DNA from: an uncultured Gammaproteobacteria bacterium | GTDB lineage: Bacteria; Patescibacteriota; Patescibacteriia; UBA9934; CAMTUG01 | Length of the DNA: 64,000 bases | Reading direction: 5' to 3' | NCBI GenBank assembly: GCA_964588955.1 | Contig: CAZPQJ010000004.1 | Coordinates: 5,677-69,676 of the forward strand | Shown here: positions 42,497 to 50,202 of the stretch, piece by piece | Layout of the letters: each line of letters begins with the position of its first letter | Position numbering within the stretch: position 1 is the first letter of the stretch | Program-made: the position numbers and the translations under genes | Notes under the pieces: generated by a model | Database searches by the model: none | Seen by the model: the letters and a program-made list of their open reading frames with translations, nothing else | Told to the model about the DNA's origin: nothing

Positions 42497-43394
42497 CCCA
42501 ATGAATCCGAGCATCGCGTTTGAACCAAGTGAGCTGGCGCTTTGCATAGAGCCAGCTTTCTTTTTTGGTGTCTTCAATGGCGGCAGCAAGATTGGCTTTA
42601 CCATCTAAGAAAAAACAGATCTGGCGATAGCCGATGCCGGTCATGGCTGGGAAGTCCGATCCGTAAGTGTCGCGCAAGCGGCGGACTTCGTCGACGAGAC
42701 CATTAGCAATCATCACGTCTACGCGCGCCTCGATACGTGCTCGCAGTTCCTCACGGTCGACGTCCAATCCGATCTTGATCGGATCGTATGTAGCTGGTCC
42801 AACCGATTTCATTTGCGAAAAGGGTTTGCCAGACTTGATGCAGACTTCAAGCGCGCGAATCAAACGACGTTTGTTGAACGGATCAATCTCTAATGCACCC
42901 ATCGGATCAAGCTTCTCAAATTGTTCGAATAACTCCCCTATCGATCGCGTTTCGAGTTCTGCCCGTAAGGCAACATCTGGCGGCACTTCTGGCAAACTCA
43001 AGTTGTCGACAATCGCATCAATCCACAATCCCGTGCCGCCGACGAGAATCGGCAGCTTCCCTCGACCGACGATCTCGATGATCTTCGCATCCGCGTAGGC
43101 TTTAAAATCAGAAATCGAATACTCCGCGTCCGGATCCACAAGATCTAGCCCCCAATGAGGAACACCCTCAACCATCAACGCCGCGTCGCCCAATTTCCAA
43201 TCTCCTTCTTTCTCCTTCTTTCTCCATTCCTTCTCTCCCACCGGCTTAGCCGTACCAATGTCCATCCCCCGGTAAACCGTCCGCGAGTCAACGCAAATCA
43301 CCTCGCCGTTAAATTCCTTGGCGAGGCGAATAGCGAGATCTGTTTTACCGGACGCCGTCGGTCCGACGATGACGAGGATTTTAGGTAATGACAT
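42420..43394 (-). CDS. miaA: tRNA dimethylallyltransferase
   Basis: GPTASGKT, MDIGTAKP, VGGTGLW, YAKRQLTWF. Confidence 0.95.
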   Translation of the reverse strand: MSLPKILVIVGPTASGKTDLAIRLAKEFNGEVICVDSRTVYRGMDIGTAKPVGEKEWRKKEKEGDWKLGDAALMVEGVPHWGLDLVDPDAEYSISDFKAYADAKIIEIVGRGKLPILVGGTGLWIDAIVDNLSLPEVPPDVALRAELETRSIGELFEQFEKLDPMGALEIDPFNKRRLIRALEVCIKSGKPFSQMKSVGPATYDPIKIGLDVDREELRARIEARVDVMIANGLVDEVRRLRDTYGSDFPAMTGIGYRQICFFLDGKANLAAAIEDTKKESWLYAKRQLTWFKRDARIHWVTLGQASQPEYFSWIRDQLNLPSLS

Positions 43395-43396
43395 AA

Positions 43397-43425
43397 TTGA
43401 CGAATCATTCTGTTTCACGTAGGTT
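43397..43425 (+). promoter_or_regulatory. Sigma70-like promoter of orphan cassette
   Basis: TTGACG-N17-TAGGTT, same hexamers as 46143-46171. Confidence 0.7.
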
Positions 43426-43444
43426 ACTCGCGGGGTTCACCACC

Positions 43445-44146
43445 ATGAGCGAACTGAAATTCTGTACCTTCTGCGGAGCAGAACTCAATACGGAGGAACG
43501 CCGGCTGGCGCAGTGCAACACGTGTCAGCTGAGCCTGCCTCTCTACCTTGCGCCAATCGTATGTGTTCTGATCCCCATCTGGATCAATCAAGGAACGACG
43601 GCCTACCCTGAACCCGTGTACACAGACGAAATCGGGTACGTTCGTCGAAGGAAGCCGCGATTCACAAAACGCGGAGTAGTGCCACCAGAACCTGTGACTG
43701 TGCCCGTCGGCTCATACGGCGTGCTCGGATTCCTAACGGAAACCGCCACCAACTCCGTCCTTCCGCTCGGTACGTTGCTGCCAAAGGAAGATGCACGACA
43801 AGGCGGAGTCAGAATCTGCAAAGAGGCAGGACTAATCATCGACCCGTCCGCTCTTCTACTGGAGCGCACGCTGCTCAACCCTGCCGGTGTGTTCTGTCTT
43901 GTTCTACAAACCGCGCCGCTCACCATCCTGGGGAGGAGAGTCGAACTCGACAGCGAATCTCCCGACACCACTGACATGCTCACGGAACGAAATCTGAGCA
44001 TCTTCACCCACTTCATGCAAATCCCTCCGTGGGCAACCGACATGGAGCGTCGACTGATCGTCCGTGCGCTACGCGTATCTGATCCTCACGTGTCCCGAAG
44101 CGCAGGCCGGACCGCCTACCCCTATGACTATCTTCGTCTCGTCTGA
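43445..44146 (+). CDS. Zinc-ribbon plus degenerate Nudix-like protein (cassette class)
   Basis: CTFC...CNTC; LPLGTLLPKEDARQGGVRICKEAGL resembles a decayed Nudix box. Confidence 0.65.
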   Translation: MSELKFCTFCGAELNTEERRLAQCNTCQLSLPLYLAPIVCVLIPIWINQGTTAYPEPVYTDEIGYVRRRKPRFTKRGVVPPEPVTVPVGSYGVLGFLTETATNSVLPLGTLLPKEDARQGGVRICKEAGLIIDPSALLLERTLLNPAGVFCLVLQTAPLTILGRRVELDSESPDTTDMLTERNLSIFTHFMQIPPWATDMERRLIVRALRVSDPHVSRSAGRTAYPYDYLRLV

Positions 44147-44150
44147 GACC

Positions 44151-44176
44151 GACCTCCGGATACTTCTCCGGAGGTC
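44151..44176. terminator. Hairpin between convergent genes, overlapping the thrS stop
   Basis: GACCTCCGGA-TACTTC-TCCGGAGGTC. Confidence 0.75.
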
Positions 44177-45935
44177 AACTGTTTTTAGAGATTGGTAATG
44201 AAAACCCCGAGGCCAACTGTTTCACCAATTCAGCCCGATCGACAACAAGCGGCGCTTCGACACCAAAGACACGGATTTGGAACGCTTCGCCGGCAACTTC
44301 TTTGTCGCCAAGCACCAACGTCCAAGGAATTTTTTGCTCAGCCACGCGGCGGATTTTGGCGCCCACTTTATCTCCCGACTCGTCGATTTCAGCACGTCCG
44401 CCAGCGGCGTCAATTTCTGCTTGCAAGGCACGAGCAAATTCCAGGTGCGCTTCGCCAACCGGACACAACATCACCTGCACAGGGGCCAGCCACAAAGGAA
44501 ACGCTCCCGCATAGTGCTCAATGATCACGCTCATGAAACGCTCAATCGAACCAGAAATGGCGCGATGAATCATTACCGGTCGTTTCTTGGCACCGTCGGA
44601 ATCCATGTACTCAAGCTCAAAGCGCTCCGGCAAGTTAAAGTCCAGCTGAATCGTCGCCAACTGCCACTCGCGGCCAATCGCATCTTTGGCAATAAAGTCG
44701 ATCTTCGGTCCGTAAAACGCCGCCTCGCCAACACCAACTTCGTATTCCTTGCCCAACTCCTTCAGCAACTCCTCGAGCGTGCCGACCGCATTGTTCCAAA
44801 CTTCCGGCGTACCCAAATACTTTTCCGGTTGCGCCGGATCATGGACGCTTAAACGGATGCGCAACGGCATGTCGAAAGCCGCATAGAACTTGGTGATGAT
44901 GTCGTAAATCTTCAAGGCCTCATCTTTCACCTGTTCAGGTCGGCAAAAGATGTGGGCGTCATCTTGGGTGATCGATCGCACGCGCGACAATCCGGCGAGC
45001 TGGCCCGTGTTCTCGTCGCGATATACTTTGGTGACTTCGCTGTAGCGGATCGGCAAGTCGCGATACGAACGCGCGCGCGAAGCGTAGATTTGGGTGTGAT
45101 GCGGGCAGTTCATCGGCTTCATGATGAACTCGTCATCAGACTTTTTGCTGTGGACGTGAAAAATGTCGTCGGCAAACTTGTCGTAGTGACCGCTCGTTTT
45201 GTACAAGTCCGCTTTGGCCATGTGCGGAATGTCGACGCGACTATAGCCGTGCGGTTTCATGAGCTTCCAAACGAATTCTTCAAGCAACTTGCGCACCACC
45301 GTTCCCTTCGGAGTAAACAGCGGCAAGCCAGAACCGACGAGCGGCGAAAAAGCGAACAAGTCGAGTTCAGCGCCCAACTTGCGATGGTCGCGCTTTTTGG
45401 CCTCTTCAAGCATTGCCAAATGCGCATCGAGTTCCGCTTTGGTCTCAAACGCGAGACCGTAAATACGGGTGAGCTGCGGGTTCTTTTCGTCCCCACGCCA
45501 ATACGCTCCAGCTAATTTGTGAAGTTTGAAACTTCCCGGATCAGCCTGATCAATCCCCTCCGCGTGTCCGCCGCGACACAAATCCGCAAAGGCGCCGGAA
45601 TGATAAAACGTCAATGTTTGACCGTCTGTCGAGAACTGATCAATCAACTCCAACTTGAACGGATTATCGGCGAACCGTTTCTTGGCTTCATCTGCCGATA
45701 CTTCCTCGCGATCAAAGGTTTTCCAATCTTTCATGAGCTCTCGCATCTTCTCTTCAATCTTTGGCAGATCATCTTCCGAAACCGGCGTGGCGAACTGAAA
45801 GTCATAATAGAACCCGTCTTCAATCGCCGGACCGATCGTGCGCTTCGTATCTGGATACAATTCCATCACCGCTGCCGCCAGCAAGTGCGCCAACGAATGA
45901 CGGTAGTGTTCTAACGCATCTTTTTGCATAGCCAT
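44175..45935 (-). CDS. thrS: Threonyl-tRNA synthetase (lacks N-terminal TGS domain)
   Basis: RHSLAHLLA, DLCRGGH, RDHRKLG, KPMNCPHH, AFYGPK, IHRA. Confidence 0.97.
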   Translation of the reverse strand: MAMQKDALEHYRHSLAHLLAAAVMELYPDTKRTIGPAIEDGFYYDFQFATPVSEDDLPKIEEKMRELMKDWKTFDREEVSADEAKKRFADNPFKLELIDQFSTDGQTLTFYHSGAFADLCRGGHAEGIDQADPGSFKLHKLAGAYWRGDEKNPQLTRIYGLAFETKAELDAHLAMLEEAKKRDHRKLGAELDLFAFSPLVGSGLPLFTPKGTVVRKLLEEFVWKLMKPHGYSRVDIPHMAKADLYKTSGHYDKFADDIFHVHSKKSDDEFIMKPMNCPHHTQIYASRARSYRDLPIRYSEVTKVYRDENTGQLAGLSRVRSITQDDAHIFCRPEQVKDEALKIYDIITKFYAAFDMPLRIRLSVHDPAQPEKYLGTPEVWNNAVGTLEELLKELGKEYEVGVGEAAFYGPKIDFIAKDAIGREWQLATIQLDFNLPERFELEYMDSDGAKKRPVMIHRAISGSIERFMSVIIEHYAGAFPLWLAPVQVMLCPVGEAHLEFARALQAEIDAAGGRAEIDESGDKVGAKIRRVAEQKIPWTLVLGDKEVAGEAFQIRVFGVEAPLVVDRAELVKQLASGFSLPISKNS

Positions 45936-46128
45936 AAAACAAAAACCCGGACCTAAAATAATTTAGATCTCGGGACCCATAGGGGCGGTTCCACCCGAGT
46001 TGCCTAGCGATTTTGCGTCCGCTAAGCCACTTTTTTGCATGGCTCGTCCATGCGCCGTCGACTCCCGGGGTTGGTAGCCCCGATCTCTGTCTGCAGATAT
46101 AGTACGTTGGGCATACCCGACCTGTCAA
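45936..46128 (-). promoter_or_regulatory. thrS promoter and T-box riboswitch with ACC (Thr) specifier
   Basis: TTGACA-N18-TACTAT; GGGGCT-ACC-AACCCC stem; T-box AACTCGGGTGGAACCGC (46001-45985); terminator 45974-45946 plus U tract. Confidence 0.85.
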
Positions 46129-46142
46129 TCACAGAGGGAAGA

Positions 46143-46171
46143 TTGACGGATCTTGCCAGATTAACTAGGTT
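46143..46171 (+). promoter_or_regulatory. Sigma70-like promoter of orphan cassette
   Basis: TTGACG-N17-TAGGTT. Confidence 0.7.
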
Positions 46172-46192
46172 GAAGAGAGTGTGGAGTCCATC

Positions 46193-46636
46193 ATGACCGA
46201 TTCTTCTGTTGCCCGGACGCTCACCGCCGACCACTTCCTCGAGCTCGTCAATCGGGCGCTTCCGCGAGAACAACACGTTCGGTTCACCACCAAGATCAAC
46301 GGCGTGTTTGTGGGTCCGTGTCCCACTTCCGGAAAGCATGGTCATGTGCTGAGCGCACTCGCGGGTATGACCGACTGGGTCCACGAAAATCGCGAAGGAA
46401 TTCTCGTCCTCTGTCGGTGTTGCGGACAATACCAGAATCAGGACCAAGACCGCATCATCGAAGCGTATTCGGAAGCACGGTGGACGTTTCCCCACACTGC
46501 CGGCTTCCCCTGTGATGCGGGGGCACCGGACCTCCTCGACGTGGCCGTATCGCCTGCAGGAGACCCGATCACCATTTTCGGCGCGCAACTCGCCAAATGG
46601 CTCCTCGACTTCGGTATCGCGGAGCGCAACGTCTAA
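46193..46636 (+). CDS. Orphan Cys/His-containing protein (cassette class)
   Basis: GGAGTCCATC-ATG start; CP...HGH, CRCC; terminator 46666-46709 with T tract. Confidence 0.7.
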   Translation: MTDSSVARTLTADHFLELVNRALPREQHVRFTTKINGVFVGPCPTSGKHGHVLSALAGMTDWVHENREGILVLCRCCGQYQNQDQDRIIEAYSEARWTFPHTAGFPCDAGAPDLLDVAVSPAGDPITIFGAQLAKWLLDFGIAERNV

Positions 46637-46749
46637 CCGACCATCTCACCGCCATCTCTCGCCTCGCGCGTCCGTGAAGTGAAGCAACCTCGGCTTCCTC
46701 CGGGCGCGCTTCACTTTTTTCTCATTATAATATTATCAACAAGTTACGT

Positions 46750-46875
46750 TTGACAAAATCAACAAGGTGTGGTTTAATATCATTAACACCGCCGGGGTCT
46801 GCTCTGCAGGCAAGGCGCGGGTGGCAAAGAAATGCCGCCGGTTTGCACAACGATGTGCACCGGCGGTATTTTTTT
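46750..46875 (+). promoter_or_regulatory. Promoter plus short leader ending in a terminator, upstream of tRNA-like gene
   Basis: TTGACA-N17-TTTAAT; AATGCCGCCGGT...ACCGGCGGTATT followed by TTTTT. Confidence 0.6.
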
Positions 46876-46895
46876 CTTACGACCAGGCTGGACTT

Positions 46896-46972
46896 GGGCC
46901 TGTGGAGGTAATTGGTAACCTCGGCGGTGTTGTCACCCGTAGTTACCGGTTCGAATCCGACCAGGTCCACCA
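46896..46972 (+). tRNA. Atypical tRNA or pseudo-tRNA: Ala-type acceptor, TGT in the canonical anticodon position
   Basis: GGGCCTG/CAGGTCC acceptor, GAGG/CCTC D-stem, TTCGAAT T-loop, encoded A-CCA; mismatches in anticodon and T stems. Confidence 0.75.
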
Positions 46973-46986
46973 AGCCTGGATCAACC

Positions 46987-47014
46987 AACCCCGTCGGCGT
47001 AATCCGGCGGGGTT
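46987..47014 (+). terminator. Terminator-like hairpin after the tRNA-like gene
   Basis: AACCCCGTCGG-CGTAAT-CCGGCGGGGTT. Confidence 0.65.
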
Positions 47015-47031
47015 TGGGTTTATGTAAAACT

Positions 47032-47163
47032 TGCGATCGTTTCAAAACTCGATGAGATGTCGGTGCGCGGGGAAGCCAGCTTTGGAGACGTACCCAAAAT
47101 GTACGTCGACAAAGTGGCGGGGACCCCGCAAGCCGACAGATCGCGAGTTTTGAAACGATCGTA
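47032..47163. mobile_element. Rod-like palindromic element (MITE-like), copy 3
   Basis: CGATCGTTTCAAAACTCG/CGAGTTTTGAAACGATCG IR; apex GGAGACGTAC-CCAAAAT-GTACGTCGAC. Confidence 0.65.
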
Positions 47164-47243
47164 TAAAACACAAGACCGCCTCCCCAAGAGATGCGCGGCT
47201 TGTGTGACCCGTGAAGACGAGTCACCGCGCAGTGGGGGGGCGG

Positions 47244-47624
47244 TCAGTTGGTGCGCAGGTTGTCGATCGTGGGCTGGGGCAGCACCACCCACTTGTAGTC
47301 GATGTTGCCGTTGATGTCGCGACCGACGATGAACGGACGCGTCGTGTCCGCAATCGGAGCCATGACGATCTGGCCCATGGCGATCTCGTGACCGGTCACC
47401 CCTTCGGCGTAGGCCAGGCCGAGGTTGATGCCGTGCTCCTCGCCGGTCATACCGCCGAAGATGAAGGCGACGATCCCGACGACGAGGATGACCATGGGGA
47501 CACCGAACGCCACGACAGCGACAGTGTCTTCCGGATCACAGGCGGCGAGCTGACGACGCACGAGCGTCTTCCAGCGGCCGATGGTGGCGTCACAGACAAA
47601 GTCGATCAGGGCAAGCAAACGCAT
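47244..47624 (-). CDS. Orphan membrane protein (cassette class)
   Basis: Promoter TTGACA-N17-TATATT (47722-47694), GGGAG SD, one TM segment, hairpin 47174-47245. Confidence 0.7.
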   Translation of the reverse strand: MRLLALIDFVCDATIGRWKTLVRRQLAACDPEDTVAVVAFGVPMVILVVGIVAFIFGGMTGEEHGINLGLAYAEGVTGHEIAMGQIVMAPIADTTRPFIVGRDINGNIDYKWVVLPQPTIDNLRTN

Positions 47625-47753
47625 GGGAACTCCCGGAAGATGACGTCTTTAGTACGTCGGTTACCTGCGAGCGGAGTTGCTCGACAGAGGCTAAATATAG
47701 CATAAAAAGTGGATTTTGTCAATGGTTGGAGGCTAAAGTTAGCGAAAAATGTG

Positions 47754-47817
47754 TATAGGCGGGGCTACCATGCCCCGCCACGCATTGCGACGGCGGGGCA
47801 TGGTAGCCCCGCCTATA
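47754..47817. repeat. REP-like inverted doublet
   Basis: TATAGGCGGGGCTACCATGCCCCGCC and its exact inverse; single copy also at 54129-54154. Confidence 0.85.
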
Positions 47818-47840
47818 GGGCGTGATAAAATGAATATACT

Positions 47841-48695
47841 ATGCCCGAACTACCAGAGGTCGAGACGGTAAGGAGACAACTAGAAAAAGAGTTTAAAGGA
47901 GCGACAATCAATCGCGTCGAGGTTCGATTTGGCAAAAAGCTTTCCCCTACCCCAGCAACGTTTGTGAAAAAGGTGATGGGTAAAAAGATTGTGTCGGTGG
48001 AACGTCGGGCGAAATTGATCATTATTCACTTGTCTGGTGGACTCAACATCTTGGTGCATTTGAAAATGACTGGGCGGTTGCTGTTGCGAAAGACCACCCC
48101 CGACCCCTCCTTAGTAAGGAGGGGAGAAGACGCGCCCAACAAGCATACCCACGTTATTTTCTACCTCAACAAAAACCGCGAGCTTCGCTGGGAAGACTGG
48201 CGGCAATTTGGATTCATGAAGTTGATGACGGACGACGAGGTGACCAAACATCTCGAAGCACAGGGCTACGGACCTGAGCCACTCGAAAAATCGTTCACGT
48301 GGGCTAAGATGGCGATGTGTTTGCGTGGAAGCCCGCGTAAGAAAATCAAACCACTGTTGCTGGAACAATCCTGCATCGCTGGGATCGGCAACATTTATGC
48401 GGCCGAGTCTGTGTGGTACGCCAAATTGCATCCGGAAACACGGGTCGCCTCGATCACCGACGTGCAGATGAAGCAGCTTCACAAAGGACTCGTCAAAATC
48501 CTCAAAGCGGCAATCCCCGCCGGTGGAGCGTCGGCCGACGCCTACGTAGACATTTACGGCCATCAAGGAACATTCGTGCCAAAGCTCAACGTGTACGGTC
48601 GACAAGGAAAACCGTGTCGACGATGCAAAACGATCTTAAAAAACATGGTGCTTGGCGGACGGGCCACGGTGTATTGTCCGAAGTGTCAAAAGTGA
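47841..48695 (+). CDS. mutM: Formamidopyrimidine-DNA glycosylase
   Basis: MPELPEVET, HLKMTG, GIGNIYA, CRRC...CPKCQ zinc finger. Confidence 0.96.
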   Translation: MPELPEVETVRRQLEKEFKGATINRVEVRFGKKLSPTPATFVKKVMGKKIVSVERRAKLIIIHLSGGLNILVHLKMTGRLLLRKTTPDPSLVRRGEDAPNKHTHVIFYLNKNRELRWEDWRQFGFMKLMTDDEVTKHLEAQGYGPEPLEKSFTWAKMAMCLRGSPRKKIKPLLLEQSCIAGIGNIYAAESVWYAKLHPETRVASITDVQMKQLHKGLVKILKAAIPAGGASADAYVDIYGHQGTFVPKLNVYGRQGKPCRRCKTILKNMVLGGRATVYCPKCQK

Positions 48696-48845
48696 GAAAT
48701 GCGAAATCCGAAATTCGAAGTTCCAAACAAATTCTAAATTCGAAACAGGAAAAACAAAAAAAGGGCTTTTACGATAACCCTTTTTTGATTTCAAACTTAT
48801 AATTTTGAATTTGTTTCGGATTTGAAATTTCGTATTTCGCATTTC
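48696..48845. repeat. Heptamer-periodic inverted repeat element
   Basis: GAAATGC-GAAATCC-GAAATTC... / ...GAAATTTC-GTATTTC-GCATTTC. Confidence 0.75.
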
Positions 48846-48847
48846 CT

Positions 48848-50032
48848 TTATTCGATCACAATCTTAATATGATCCTTCAAGGTTGGCATGCGGCGCAGCC
48901 AGAAGGGAGAGAATTTGATTTCGACGGATTTGATCGCGTCGGATGATTCCAAACTGGCTTTGACCTGATTAGCAGATTTGCCAAGGAATTGCTGTTTGTC
49001 GAACAAGGTGGAGGTTGGGGCGAGCGTTGCTGTGCCGCCAAGCGTAACACTGACGTTAGCGATTTGGGTGTCGAGATCATACTTGTCAACCGTGACACTC
49101 ACCGCATCAGCGGATCCGACAAGCTCCATTCCTTTAGGAACTTGTTCGTACAACTTGCCTTGGGCAATCTTCAACAAATCTTCTTGTTGATAGAACACCG
49201 CGACGACGCGCAGTTTCATGGAAATAGTAACCTCACTCGCTTCCGTGCCGGGAACGGTGTCGCTCTTTTTCTCCATCACTTCCGTAAAGAAGGCTTCCCC
49301 GCTCCAGGTTCCCCCTGCTTGCAGACGCAACGTTTCTTTGCCCGCTTCGAGCATTTGAGCCTGCAGGGCGTCGGCGGCGGCATCAAGATCAGACTGCGCC
49401 ACGACTTGTACGCTCACGACCCCTCCCGTCGCCGGCACAGAACTTTCGGCGTAAATCGTTTTTTGCAACGCGGCATTTAATCCAGGAATCGTAAACTTGG
49501 TTGGAGCAATGTCGCCTGCGACTCCTGGTTGATCAGCATGCGCCATTACTTGCACCGATCCGCCCGCTGGAGCCGTCACTGCAGAATCAATACGGAATAA
49601 CACGCCGGCGGTGGAAAGCAGGCGCGTGGTGGCTACGAGCGGCTGATCACTAGCGGTGGTGTTGGTAATCGTTACCATCACCCCAGACTTCCCTTCCACT
49701 TGCTTCAAGCCTTCCCCAGCCGTAAGCGGCATGGTGCTCGCTTGCTCAAAGATGGTGCTGACGACCTTGCCGGCAACGTCGGTGTCCGAAGCCGGCGTAG
49801 CGACGACGTCGGCGATGAAATTAGTGCTGACGTCTTTTTGCTCGGGCGTAACATGAATCGTCGCTCGGGTGAACGACAAATACATCACCACGCCAAGCGT
49901 CAAAAAGGTGATGGCCACAAAACTCATGGCGATGCGGCGGTACAGTTTGAGCGATGGCGTCGGCGCAACCGACGGACGCTCGACCGGAGCGGGTTTTCGT
50001 TTAACGGTTTTGCGAACAGGGGTTGCCTCCAT
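48848..50032 (-). CDS. Membrane-anchored hypothetical protein (baseplate J-like middle domain)
   Basis: N-terminal TM; TITN...QPLVATTRL...ADQPG...FTIPGL...TGG; PFW near C-terminus. Confidence 0.7.
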   Translation of the reverse strand: MEATPVRKTVKRKPAPVERPSVAPTPSLKLYRRIAMSFVAITFLTLGVVMYLSFTRATIHVTPEQKDVSTNFIADVVATPASDTDVAGKVVSTIFEQASTMPLTAGEGLKQVEGKSGVMVTITNTTASDQPLVATTRLLSTAGVLFRIDSAVTAPAGGSVQVMAHADQPGVAGDIAPTKFTIPGLNAALQKTIYAESSVPATGGVVSVQVVAQSDLDAAADALQAQMLEAGKETLRLQAGGTWSGEAFFTEVMEKKSDTVPGTEASEVTISMKLRVVAVFYQQEDLLKIAQGKLYEQVPKGMELVGSADAVSVTVDKYDLDTQIANVSVTLGGTATLAPTSTLFDKQQFLGKSANQVKASLESSDAIKSVEIKFSPFWLRRMPTLKDHIKIVIE

Positions 50033-50058
50033 ATAGGACTAGTATAGCAGAACTTTTT

Positions 50059-50194
50059 TAAAAACTAAAGTCTAAATTCGAAGAACCAAACAAACGACTA
50101 AACACGAAAACGCTAAAGCAAAAACCGGTTTATGCCTTTCATAGTTAAAATTTAGTATTTGTTTAGAATTTCGGATTTCGTATTTAGTATTTTA
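50059..50194. repeat. Heptamer-periodic inverted repeat element, second copy
   Basis: CTAAATTCGAAGAACCAAACAAA ... TTTGTTTAGAATTTCGGATTTCGTATTTAG. Confidence 0.7.
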
Positions 50195-50202
50195 ATCATA
50201 CG

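Noticed and set aside
48696-48845. Possible CRISPR array
   Set aside because: Degenerate 7-nt periodicity with no constant repeats or unique spacers, and no cas genes
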